64,000 nucleotides of DNA, taken from the NCBI GenBank assembly GCA_951406725.2, contig OX597841.1:26536001-26600000 (forward strand), in the 5' to 3' direction. Under the pieces are notes generated by a model. The model was not told where the DNA came from, did not search any database, and worked only from the letters and a program-made list of their open reading frames with translations. A program made the position numbers and the translations under genes. The DNA is from Octopus vulgaris (Eukaryota). Positions 15,961 to 29,152 of the stretch are shown here, in pieces. The stretch's first letter is position 1. Each line of letters begins with the position of its first letter.

Positions 15961-16277
15961 GGAGACAAACAGACAGACTCAGGTGCACACATACACAGAG
16001 ATATAGAGAAGGAAAGAGAGTGAGAGAGAGAAAAAAGAGAGAGTGAGAGATAAATGGAGAGAGGGAGACTGTGAGAGAGAAAGAGAGAAAGTGACGGAGA
16101 CAGACAGGCAGACAGACAAACAGACTCAGGTGCACGCATAGACAGAGTGAGAGAGTGATAGAGAGAGAAAGAGAGAGAAAGAGAGTGAGTGAGAGAGAGG
16201 AGAGAGACACGGAGTAAGAACGAGAGAGATAAATTGTGCGAAGAAAATAAATTGTGTGCGAAAGTGGGGGATAGGTT

Positions 16278-16315
<38 letters not shown>

Positions 16316-16452
16316 GGCAGGGGGAATGCGTCGGTATGAAAAGTGAGAGGGAAGGAGGGAGAGAGAGAAGGAGAAGGAAAGAAATAACAATACGCATACA
16401 CACACAGATATAGTGATAGAGATGGTTATACGCACACACACATACATACACG

Positions 16453-16492
<40 letters not shown>

Positions 16493-16549
16493 CAACATAC
16501 ATATGTGTGTGGTTAACGAGTGCAGACATAGATACGTAATTAGTCACGT

Positions 16550-19500
16550 GACGATGATGGCGATGGCGATTATGATGGTGATGATGATGATGATAGTGAT
16601 GATGATGATGGTGAGGAGGATGATGATGATGGGGATGGGGATGATGATAGCGGTGATGATGATGATGATGATGGTGGTGGTGATGATGGTTATGATGATG
16701 ATCATGATGATGATGAGATGATGATAGCGGTGATGATGATGGTTATGATGATGGTGAGGATGATGATGATGGTTATGATGATGGTGAGGATGATGATGAT
16801 GGTTATGATGATGATGATGATGATGATGATGATGCTGATGATGATGGTTATGATGATGGTGAGGATGATGATGATGGTTATGATGATAATGATGATGATG
16901 ATGATGATGCTGATGATGATGGTGAGGATGATGATGGTTATGATGATGATGATGATGATGATGATGATGCTGATGATGATCATGATGATCATGATGGGGA
17001 TGATGATAGCGGTGATGATGATGATGGTGGTGGTGGTGATGATGATGATGATGCCTAAAATGTTAACGACAACGCCATTTAACTCGCCGATGACGACGAC
17101 GATGATGATTACGATGATGATGGTATAACAACGACCGCAACATTTCGTGATGATGATGATGATGATGATGATGAGGATGATGAGGATGAGAATGATGACG
17201 ATGATGTTGATGATGATGATGGTGATGGTGTAACAACGATCGCAACATTTTATGATGATAGTGATTATGATGATGATGATGATAATGACGATGGGGTTGG
17301 CGGCTGGTGTTGGTGGTGATGGTGATGGTGATGGTGATTGTAATGGTGGTGGTGGTGGTGGCGGTCGTCGCTCCTTCGATCTTCTGCGTTGAAACAAGAC
17401 GGAAAAAAAAAATTCTACACGGCGGCGAATGGAAAAGAAGAAAGAGGTGTGGGGAGAGGCAAGAAACGAAAAGAGGGAGAGGTGGAGGGAGCGCGTGCTG
17501 CTGGTGGTGGTGGGAGGAGGGGGGGAGCCGGCGAAGACAATTGGCAACAGACAGTGTCAATTTATCATGATCCAGAGGGCGCTGATAGCAAGAGGAAGCC
17601 GGAGTTGCGATAGGGTAGCAACGGTAATGGGTCCGACTTCGATAACCATCTGCCCTCGCTCGCCCAGCCGCCACTAACACCAACATTAACACCTCACCTA
17701 CCAGCCTAACCACCACCATCGCCACTACTACCGCGTCACTACCGCCATCATCATCATCATCATCATCATCATCGTCATCATCATCATCGTCATCATCATC
17801 ATCATCATTGTCATCATCATCATCGTCATCATCATCATCATCGTCATCATCATCATTTATGTTGAAAGTTGCTCGTGGTGATGGTGGTGGTGGTGGTGGC
17901 GATAATGATGGTGGTGTTGTTAACGCTTCGTGCTATGATGCTTGTGATGGCAGTGGTGAGGGAGTTGGTGGTGATGTACTGGTTGTACTTGTGGTGATGG
18001 TGGTGGCTACGTATGAGATGATGATGATGATGATGGTGGTGGTTATCTGTGATGTGTTGCAGAGGCAACGAATGGTGATTAGAGAGCAAAGTTCTTGTTA
18101 TTGGTGTTGATGGCGGCGGCGGCGGTGATGGTGGTGGTGCTGCTGCTGGTTGTGGTGATGATGATGATGGAGGTGATGACTACCACCACCACCATAAGCC
18201 TCGTCGACGCCGCTGCTACCACCACCGCCGCTATCATCACCAGCAATATCACCGCCGTTAATGTTCTGCGTAACACAAAATACCACCGCTACTACCACCA
18301 ACATCATCATCATCATTCTCACCACCACTACCACCACCATCATCAGCGTCATTGACGCCGCCTCCGCCACCAGCACCAGCACCACCATCACCAACAATAT
18401 TATTGCCATTAATGTTCTGCGTAACAAAAAATACCACCGCTACTACCACCACCAACATGATCATCATTCTCACCACCACTACCACCACCATCATCAGCGT
18501 CATTGACGCCGCCTCCGCCGTCGCCACCACCACCATCACCAACAATATTATTGTCATTAATGTTCTGCGTAACACAAGATACCACCGCTACTACCACCAA
18601 CATCATCATCATCATCATCCTCACCATCACTACCGCTATCATCAGCCTCGCTATCGCCGCCTCTGCCACCACCACCACCAACATTATCATTACCGTTAAT
18701 GTTCTGCGTAACACAAGGTACATCTACTACTACCGATCCCATCATCATTAACACCACTATCACAACCACCGGCATCGGCATCGCTAAGTCGCTCCGTCGC
18801 ATACCCGCCTCCCCACGGCGTCACTAACGCCATCATCATCATCTTCATCATCATCATCATCATCGTCATCATTGTTATCATCATCATCATCATCATCATC
18901 ATTGTTATCATCATCATCATCATCATCATCATCATCGTCATCATCACCATCATCATCGTCATCATCACCATCATCAACAGTCATTAATGTCATTCGTAAC
19001 GCAACATAGAACCTCCATCACTGGCGCTGAACTACCACCAAAACCGCCACCAAAACCGCCACCACAACCACCATCACCACCGCAACAAGCATCACTGCGC
19101 GAACTTTACCGCTGCCGCCGCCTTCGTAGTGGTCACCACCATCATCACTAATACCCACACCCCCCAACCACCACCACCACCACCACCATCAACAACAACA
19201 ACCCCACCAGCTTTATCATCACCACAACCACTACTACCATCACAACCACCAACGCTATCGTCCTAGTCATCACCTCCATCATCATCATCATCACCACAAC
19301 CAGCAGCACCACCACCACCGCCGCCGCCGCCACCAGCATCACTGCTATCTACCACACCATCAACGCCGCCGCCGCCATCAACACCAATAACGAGAACTTT
19401 ACTCTCTAATCACCATTCGTTGCCTCTGCAACACATCACAGATAACCACCACCATCATCATCATCATCATCATCTCATACGTAGCCACCACCATCACCAC

Positions 19501-19700
19501 CAGTACAACCACTACCAGTACAACCACTACCACCAACTCTCTCACCACTGCCTTCACAAACATCATAGCACGAAGCGTTAACAACACCACCATCATTGAC
19601 GCCGCCACCACCTCCACCACCACCACCACCACCACCACCACCAAAAAGATCAACATAAATTTTGTCCATACCATCAACAACATCATCTCTACTACCATCA
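16550..19700. repeat. (GAT/CAT/CAC) low-complexity domain with a ~150 bp minisatellite and an inverted duplication
   Basis: TTAATGTTCTGCGTAACA recurs at ~18258, 18409, 18557 and 18696. 17870-18183 is the reverse complement of ~19263-19625. Confidence 0.85.
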
Positions 19701-19788
19701 CATTACTCTCTTACGTATGCATGGCAGCCAAACCTCCCTCAAATCACACCTTACTGTCTGCCTGTATATATATATATATATATATATA

Positions 19789-19952
19789 CAATTGCAGCAT
19801 GGAAGGTGTTTGTAAGCCATTTAAGAAACACACAAAAGCCGTTCGAACGGCTTTTGGTGTTTCTTATATTTACAAACACCTTCCACGCTGCAATTTTTTC
19901 GTTCCAGCACACGATCTCAGATCAAATCATTTGCTATGCGAGTACATCTCCG

Positions 19953-19953
<1 letters not shown>
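19789..19953 (+). mobile_element. pLTR-like element (family H4) with a 5' inverted copy forming a loopless palindrome
   Basis: 19790-19895 is palindromic about CCGTTC|GAACGG; homologous to 33046-33100; flanked by (TA)n. Confidence 0.75.
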
Positions 19954-19985
<32 letters not shown>

Positions 19986-20291
19986 TATATGACCCAACGA
20001 AGAACGTCTGTGTATAGTACCTAAACGTGCTAGATATTGCAACCAAATCTTCCTCAAATCACATCCTACTGTCCCATGTACGTATCTATGTATGTATGTC
20101 ATTATTCAGTTTATTTCAAGATTTCTTGCCAATAGAGAAAGAACCGTTTTCTAACCTAGATTCAAGATACCTTCATTGGAATTTCAACATCAACAACAGG
20201 GTATTTTTGTATGTATGCATGTATTCTTATGCATATAGTTATGTATGTATGTATGTATGCATGCATGCATGCATGTATGTATGTAAGTATG

Positions 20292-20325
<34 letters not shown>

Positions 20326-20570
20326 TGTATGTATGTATGTATGTATGTGTGTGTGTATGCATGCATTTATGTATGTGTGTCAGTATTCAGTTTTATTTCA
20401 AGGTTTCTGGCCAATGGAGAAAGAACCGGTTTCTAACCTAGTTCCAGGGCTCCTTCATTGGAATTTCTACAACAGCGGTTTTTATATGTATGTATGCATG
20501 TATGCGTGTATGTATGTATGTATGTATGTATGCGTGTATGTATGTATGTATGTATGTATGTATGTATGTA

Positions 20571-21145
20571 TACTCTTTACTCTTTTACTCTTTTACTTGT
20601 TTCAGTCATTTGACTGCGGCCATGCTGGAGCACCGCCTTTAGTCGAGCAACTCGACCCCGGGACTTATTCTTTTTTGTAAGCCCAGTACTTATTCTATCG
20701 GTCTCTTTTGCCGAACCGCTAAGTAACGGGGACATAAACACACCAGCATCGGTTGTCAAGCAATGCTAGGGGGACAAACACAGACACACAAACACATACA
20801 CGCATATATATATATATATATACGACGGGCTTCTATCGTTCTAGTCATCACCTCCATCATCATCATCATCATCATCATCACCACAACCAGCAGCACCACC
20901 ACCACCGTCACCGCCACCAGCATCACTGCTATCTACCATCACCGCCGCCGCCCTCAACACCAATAACAAGAACTTTACTTTACGACGCGCTTCTTTCAGT
21001 TTCCGTCTACCAAATCCACTCACAAGGCTTTGGTCGGTCCGAGGCTATAGTAGAAGACACTTGCCCAAGGTAGCATGCAGTGGGACTGAACCCGGAACCA
21101 TGTGGTTGGTTAGCAAGCTACTTACCACACAGCCACTCCTACGCC

Positions 21146-21195
<50 letters not shown>

Positions 21196-21551
21196 CATAT
21201 ATACACACGATGGGCTTCTTTCAGTTTCCGTCTACCAAATCCACTCACAAGGCTTTGGTCAGCCCGAGGCTATAGTAGAAGACACTTGCCCAAGGTGCCA
21301 CGCAGTGGGACTGAACCCGGAACCATGTGGTTGGTAAACAAGCTACTTACCACACAGCCACTCCTGCGCCTACGTATACATATATACGACGCGCTTCTTT
21401 CAGTTTCCGTCTACCAAATCCACTCACAAGGCTTTGGTCAGCCCGAGGCTATAGTAGAAGACACTTGCCCAAGGTGCCACGCAGTGGGACTGAACCCGGA
21501 ACCATGTGGTTGGTTAGCAAGCTACTTACCACACAGCCACCCCTGCGCCTA
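20571..21551 (-). mobile_element. SINE A with an internal templated insertion and two extra tandem 5' heads
   Basis: Heads end at ~21145, 21370 and 21551; insert at ~20835-20980. Confidence 0.85.
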
Positions 21552-21825
21552 TATGTGCAGATTTGCATGTTCTGCTCTATGTATGCATTCTCATGCCTAT
21601 GGTTGTATATCTAGATATACTGACAAACATTTGAATGATAAACTTCAGAAAGGTCTTACAGTTGCAGTGATGGATTGGGTCTGTAGTCTTCAAAGCAGCT
21701 TTCTCCTTTCTGGTTTTGAGAAGGCCTAATTTCTCAATGTTGGTATCAGATCTGTAGACTTCAAAGCAGCTTTCTCCTTTCTGGTTTTGAGAAGGCCTAA
21801 TTTCTGAATGTTGGTATCACCACCA

Positions 21826-21904
<79 letters not shown>

Positions 21905-22533
21905 CGTCACCATAACGTCACATCGCTCTAGTTATCTATACCACCACCACCACCACCACCACCACACCACCACCACCACCACCACTAAAACCACTAAAAC
22001 CACTATCACAACCACTAAAACCACTAAAACTACTACCACCACCACCACAACCACTAAAACCAGCACTAGCACCACCACTAAAATCACCATGACCACTAAA
22101 ACCACCAGCACAACCACCACCAACACCACCACCAGTGTAGTAGTATTAGTAGTAATAGTTATTGTGGTGGTGTTGGTAATAGTAGTTGTACTAGTGGTGG
22201 TGGTGGTGGTAGCACTAGAGATGGCGGCTGCAGTAGTAATGGTTGTAGAAGTGATGATGGTATTAGTTTTGTAGTAGTAGTGGTAGTGTTTGTTGTAGAA
22301 GTTGTTGTTGTTGTTATTTTCCCCAATATGGCTGCCGACATTGAGATTAAACTGAGTGAGATAGACCATCTGTCTAATTAATCAAAGAGCGCCTGATTAT
22401 TGTCCATTGTAGCGTTGTGGTGCGGGACGGCGAGACGAGGCAGGGCGGAGCGGTGTGGTCCCGGTGGTTGTTGCCGGCGAAGGGGATTTCATTGGCCCTT
22501 TTTTGTTTGTGTCGTTGTTGTTGCTGTTGTTGA

Positions 22534-23631
22534 GGACGGCGAGCTGGCAGAAACGTTAGCACGCCGGACGAAATGCGTAGCCGTATTTCGTTTGCCGCTA
22601 CGTTCTGAGTTCAAATTCCGCCGAGGTCGACTTTGCCTTTCATCCTTTCGGGGACGATAAGCTAAGTACCAGTTACGCACTGGGGTCGATATAATCGATT
22701 TAATCCATTTGTCTGTCCTTGTTTGTCCTCTCTGTGTTTAGCCCCTTGTGGGTAGTAAAGAAATAGGTATTTCGTCTGCCGTTAAATTCTGAGTTCAAAT
22801 TTCGCCGAGGTCGACTTTGCCTTTCATTCTTTCGGGGTCGATAAATTAAGTACCAGTTACGCACTGGGGTCGATGTAATCGACTTAATCCGTTTGTCTGT
22901 CCTTGTTTGTCCTCTCTGTGTTTAGCCCCTTCTGAGTAGTAAAGAAATGGGTATTTCGTCTGCCGCTACGTTCTGAGTTCAAATTCCGCCGAGGTCGACT
23001 TTACCTTTCATCCTTTCGGGGTCGATAAATAAGTACCAGTTATGCATTGGGGTCGATGTAATCGACTTAATCCGTTTGTCTGTCCTTGTTTGTCCTCTCT
23101 GTGTTTAGCCCCTTCTGAGTAGTAAAGAAATGGGTATTTCGTCTGCCGTTACGTTCTGAGTTCAAATTCCGCCGAGGTCGACTTTGCCTTTCATCCTTTC
23201 GGGGTCGATAAATAAGTACCAGTTACGCACTGGTGTCAATGTAATCGACTTAATCCGTTTGTCTCTTCTTCTCTGTCCTGTCTGTGTTTAGCCCCTTGTG
23301 GGTAGTAAAGAAATAGGTATTTCGTCTGCCGCTACGTTCTGAGTTCAAATTACGCCGAGGTGCCTTTCGGGGTCGATTAAATAAGTACCAGTTACACACT
23401 GGGGTCTATATAATCGACTTAATCCGTTTGACTGTCCTTGTCTGCCCCCCCCCCCTGTGTGTAACCCCTTGTGGGCAGTAAAGAAATAAGAAACGTTTGC
23501 ACGCCGGACGAAACGTTAGAACGGCATTTTCGTCCATCTTTACTTTCAGAGTTGAAATTCCGCTGAGGTCGACTTTGTCTTTCATCCCTTTCGGAGTCGA
23601 TAAACAAAGTACGAGTTAAACACTGGGGTCA

Positions 23632-23637
<6 letters not shown>
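22534..23637 (+). mobile_element. SINE B tandem array: one full head plus ~5 headless ~185 bp units
   Basis: GTATTTCGTCTGCC...GTAAAGAAATRG repeats at ~22767, 22952, 23133 and 23317. Confidence 0.9.
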
Positions 23638-23674
<37 letters not shown>

Positions 23675-23891
23675 CAGTGTTTGTCCCCCGTCAACGCTTG
23701 ACAACCGGTGCTAGTGCATTTACATCTCCGTAATCTAGCAGTTCGGCAGAAGAATCGATAGAATAAGTACCGTGCTTTAGAAACAAGCTAAGTATAGGGA
23801 TTGATTCATTCGACTAAAAATTGTTCAACGCACTGCCCCAGCATGACCGCAATGAAATTAACGAAACAAATAAAAAAACATATATATATAT

Positions 23892-24276
23892 TTCAAGGTT
23901 CATCCAAGACTTGGACCACGGGCTATACGTCCCCTGCCCAATTCAAGATCACAACATACATGTACACTGCAACATAATTTCTTTTCCTCAACAGGCCCTG
24001 CCCTATTTAAAATTGTCCCGAAAGATATCAAAGAGGAACAGGATCCCGTCAACTTTAAACGGAGTCTGGATAGATTCCTTCAAGGAATACCAGATAAGCC
24101 ACCCATAATTGGATACAACTCACCCAACAAAAACTCACTACTTGAATGGACCAGAAACAAAACTTGACTTAAACAGGATTCAAATAATCCTATCAGGTGG
24201 CGCTATTAAGTTAGACATGGCCTGGACCAATCTTTGGTCGAAACATATCTAAGTTTATCTAAGTTTATCTAAGTTT
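23892..24276 (+). mobile_element. 5'-truncated CR1/L2-clade LINE 3' end
   Basis: Open frame 23892-24167 reads FKVHPRLG...HNFFSSTGPALFKIVPKDIK...FKRSLDRFLQGIPDKP..GY...NSLLEW. It is followed by a 3' stem-loop GACCAA/TTGGTC and an (ATCTAAGTTT)x3 tail. Confidence 0.8.
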
Positions 24277-24417
24277 ATATCAAATTGCACCGAGGTTGCC
24301 TTTGCTTGCCATCCTCTCGAGAACGATAAAAAATACCAGTTGAGCACTGGGACCGATGTGAGTGAGGTGCCCTCGAAATGGCTTGCCTTGTGCCAAATAC
24401 ATGAAACGATACATATA

Positions 24418-24463
<46 letters not shown>

Positions 24464-25102
24464 TATCATATCATATCATATCATATGGTACAGGAGGTAG
24501 AGGGTAAATGTTTTTATTTTTCATTCCCTTTCGAAATTACCCCTAATAGTGGTTTGGCGTTTAACTACTACTTCTAGCGGGTAGGATGTCCTGTTATGGC
24601 CATCTCTTATGTGTTTAAATGTACACTGTATATATATATATATATATTTCCTCTATTTACATAATATCGAGGTCTCTTTCTTTCTTTTGTTATCTTACCG
24701 TTTTTACCAATATATATATATATATATATATATGCACATGCATTTTTATACTCACGTGCACACATATATACACGTACTCTCTCACACTCATACACACACA
24801 TGTATATGTACACGTACTTTCTTATACTCACAAGCACACATACACACCTACTCTCTCACACTCACACACACATATACACGTATTCTTTTGGGCTCACACA
24901 CACAAACATATATATATATACACGTTCTCTCTTTCACTCACACACACATATACACTTGCTCTTTCACGCACACACTTATGCACACACACACACACACACA
25001 CATACACACATGCAACCACCATCATACCCTTCAGAATCTTACACGCTCGCACACACATACATAGGAGCATATAGACAAGCACACACACGCATAGAAACAT
25101 CG

Positions 25103-25134
<32 letters not shown>

Positions 25135-25179
25135 TGTCACAACACGCACACACACACTCTCTTTCTCTCACGTACACTC

Positions 25180-25212
<33 letters not shown>

Positions 25213-25219
25213 TAGTGTC

Positions 25220-25250
<31 letters not shown>

Positions 25251-25499
25251 TCTCTCGTACACTCTCTCGTACACTCTCTCGTACACACACACACACACTC
25301 CCTCTCTCGCGTACACTCTCTCGTACACACACACACTCCCTCTCTCGCGTACACTCTCTCGTACACACACACACACACACACACACCGAATGGCCTCCAA
25401 TCTTTGGTCAAAAGAAACGGTTTTAGTGGCGAAACGCTCTTATCTCTTATCGTGTTGATGGTGATTGATACACGTGATTAATCTTTGGTCTTCTTATCT

Positions 25500-25527
25500 G
25501 TGTCATCATCATCATCATCATCATCAC

Positions 25528-25562
<35 letters not shown>

Positions 25563-25877
25563 CCATCATCGCCGTCGTCATGGTTGTCGTCGTAGCCGTT
25601 TGGTCATCGTAGTCGTTGTGGTAATATTGGTCATCATCGCTAATGCCATCCCCATCACCATCATCGTCATCATCGTCAGCAGCAGCAGCGGCTGCAAAGG
25701 GTCTTCACTGCCATCCTCACTATCATCATCATCATCATCATCATCATTATCATCACATGTAGGAACAGCAGCAGCAGCAGTGATGCTGCAGCACAACCTC
25801 ATCGCCATCATCATGATCATCATCTTCATCGCCGTCATCTCCGTCGTCAATATGCTCACCCTCGACATAGACATCAC

Positions 25878-25908
<31 letters not shown>

Positions 25909-26496
25909 GTCACCTTCATCATCATAGCCATCAACACCATCAACAACATCATCACCATCATTATCGTCGTCGTCATCGTCGTCATCGGTAGCACCACCAC
26001 CACCACCACCACAACCACCATCATTATTATCATTATCGTCGTCGTCATCGTCGTCATCATCATCATCATCACCACCCTCATCCTTACATCATCATTCTCA
26101 TGCTCATCTTCATCACAGCTACCACCATCACCACCACTAACACCAGCACCACTACCAACAACAACAACAACAGCATCAAGACCATCATTATCATCGTCAT
26201 ACGCATCTTCGCCATCATTCTTCTTCATCATCATCATCTACTTCTTCTTCTTCTTCTTCTTGTTCTTCTTCTTCTCATTATTATTATTGTTGTGGTTGTT
26301 GTTGTTGTTGTTCTTCTTCTTCTTCTTCTTCTTCTTCTTCTTCTTCTTCTTCTCATTATTATTATTGTTGTGGTTGTTCTTCTTCTTTTTCTTCTTTTTC
26401 TTCTTTTTCTTCTTCTACTTCTTCTTCTTGTTCTTCTTCTTCTTCTTCTTCTTCTTCTTCTTCTTCTTCTTCTTCTTCTTCTACTTCTTCTTCTTC

Positions 26497-26531
<35 letters not shown>

Positions 26532-26560
26532 GTTGTTGCTATTATCATCGTGGCTGTGGT
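25500..26560. repeat. Compound (CAT)n/(CTT)n/(ATT)n/(GTT)n trinucleotide tract
   Basis: Directly visible; source of the 442 aa pseudo-ORF. Confidence 0.95.
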
Positions 26561-26867
26561 TTTTACACTCTTCCGTTATCTGTTTCCTCTCTTTTTCATT
26601 TCTCTCTTATCCTTATCCACGAGGTGGATCCGTTTCATTGTCGTTATCATCGATGTCATCTCCTCGTGCCTCGGGGTATATAGAGCACTCAACTATACAT
26701 ACATACATACATACATACATACATACATACATACATACATACATACATACATACATACATCATACATACATACATACATACATATATACGTAGATACATA
26801 TGTATGTACATACATAAATACGTAGATATACATTTGCATGCATACATTGCTTTGTATATAGGTACGC

Positions 26868-26906
<39 letters not shown>

Positions 26907-26957
26907 TATATATAATATTTATGCATGTATGTCCACATCTTTCTCGTCTTCTCTTCC

Positions 26958-27007
<50 letters not shown>

Positions 27008-27061
27008 CATATATATTCATGTATATTATAAATATATATGAATGTATATGTATATGAATGT

Positions 27062-27095
<34 letters not shown>

Positions 27096-27156
27096 TTGTA
27101 TCTGTGTACGTGTGTGTGCGTCCATATAGACTTGCATCTAGTGTTTGAGTGTGTGC

Positions 27157-27263
<107 letters not shown>

Positions 27264-27632
27264 GTGAACGCTCATTATAACCATAGTTAATGTTACCAGA
27301 CGTTTATTGTTATCAGTATAAAGTTGCTTCTAAACATACCCAGAATATTACCTGATCACCACTGAAATTCATCAGCTGGTTATTGTTATCTATGAGTCCT
27401 GTCCCAGAGGCTCCCATATTTAACGATCGTTAAGAGGTTTACAGTGAATCTTGTCTATTTTTATATATTCTTGTCATTAATAAACAATAAGAAGGAGAAA
27501 ATTTGCACTTCTATTATTTTTAAGTGAAGAAAGGCAATTATAAGAAAGATTGAGGTTTCTTTTTTCATCTCAATATATTAACTTGCTTTGATTGACTTTT
27601 TATCTACGATATTTATGTGTACTATATATATG

Positions 27633-27666
<34 letters not shown>

Positions 27667-27859
27667 TGTATGTATGTATGTATGTATGTATGTATGTATA
27701 TGTATGTAGTATGTATGTATGTATGTATGTATGTATGTATGTATATATATATGTATGTATGTATGTATATATATGTATGTATGTATATGTATGTATGTAT
27801 GTATATGTATGTATATATGTATATATATGTATGTATATACATATATATATGTATGTATG

Positions 27860-27891
<32 letters not shown>

Positions 27892-28117
27892 CATATATAT
27901 GTATGTATATAACATATCCATATATATATATATATGTATGTATGAATTTATACACGCATATATATGTATGACTATACATACATACATACATACATACATA
28001 CATACATACATACATACATACATACATACATACATACATACAAATATACATACATAACCACATGTGAATCGTTGGCGATTTTCTTCCTCCGTCTTCCTTT
28101 CTATTGGACTTTCCTCT

Positions 28118-28152
28118 GTTTCTGATGAGGAGCGATGCTCGAAACGTTAAGC
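28118..28152 (+). ncRNA. Minimal type I hammerhead (family H2) in a pLTR-like element at ~28060-28253
   Basis: GTTT-CTGATGA-G-GAGC gat GCTC-GAAA-CG-TT-AAGC, with palindromic ACGT stem III. Downstream CCTGAGCG..CTAATAC motif shared with H1; ends in (TA)n. Confidence 0.75.
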
Positions 28153-28376
28153 CATCTTTCTTTCCTTCCCTGAGCGTCTCCTAATACTTTATATGCTTCA
28201 CATCCTCGCGTTGTTGTTTTTTGTGTTAGCTGTGCTCTTTTTTGGGATTTACTATATATATATATATATATATATAATATAATATAAATATAAGAGAGTG
28301 GTCACTATATGGCTCACTCTAGCACCAGTTAATCCAAAATTTATTTCTAAATGCATTTATTTCTAAATGCTGCATA

Positions 28377-28407
<31 letters not shown>

Positions 28408-28408
<1 letters not shown>

Positions 28409-28656
28409 ACCAAACCATTGATTGGCATATTTCGGTCATATTATGCGGAGAAAATCCCTGGAGAAGGACATCATGCTCTGAATGGTCAGTGGCAAGAGAG
28501 GAAGAGTCCGACCAAGAACCAGCTGGCTTGACACCGTCAAGAGTGATACCGGAATGGACATAGCCAATCTGAAAGAAGCGGTCCAGGATAGAACTGACTG
28601 GAGGACACTGATCCAATGAGTGACCGAGAGTCGACTTCGACTGAGCAGATAGATAG

Positions 28657-28732
<76 letters not shown>

Positions 28733-29101
28733 CGGAATTGTCAGTAGCAAGAGAGGAAGAGGCCGACCAAGAAGCCGCTGGCTTGACACCATCAAGAGTG
28801 ATACCGGAATGGACATAGCCAGTCTGAAAGAAGCGGCCCAGGATAGAACTGACTGGAGGACACTGATCCATCGAGTAACCGAGAGTCGACTTCGACTGAG
28901 CGGATAGAGAGATACATATATATATATATATTATATATACGGAATGGTCAGTGGCAAGAGAGGAAGAGGCCGACCAAGAACCAGCTGGCTTGACACCGTC
29001 AAGAGTGATACCGGAATGGACATAGCCAATCTGAAAGAAGCGGATAGAACTGACTGGAGGACACTGATCCAACGAGTGACCGAGAGTCGACTTCGACTGA
29101 G

Positions 29102-29105
<4 letters not shown>
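28408..29105 (+). mobile_element. Three tandem RTE (BovB-like) LINE 3' ends
   Basis: Translation LAYFGHIMRRKSLEKDIML.MVSGKRGRGRPRTSWLDTVKSDTG...DRTDWRTLIQRVTESRLRLS matches the RTE-clade C-terminus. Copies at ~28408-28655, 28732-28905 and 28939-29105. Confidence 0.85.

Positions 29106-29152
<47 letters not shown>

Noticed and set aside
24210-24255. Hairpin followed by GAAACATATC at the LINE 3' end
   Set aside because: No CUGANGA-type core; better explained as the LINE 3' UTR stem-loop.
27294-27381. Minus-strand CTGATGA...AAACGTC with ACCAG/CTGGT stem
   Set aside because: GAAA is TAAA and stems I and II are out of register; at most a decayed HHR.
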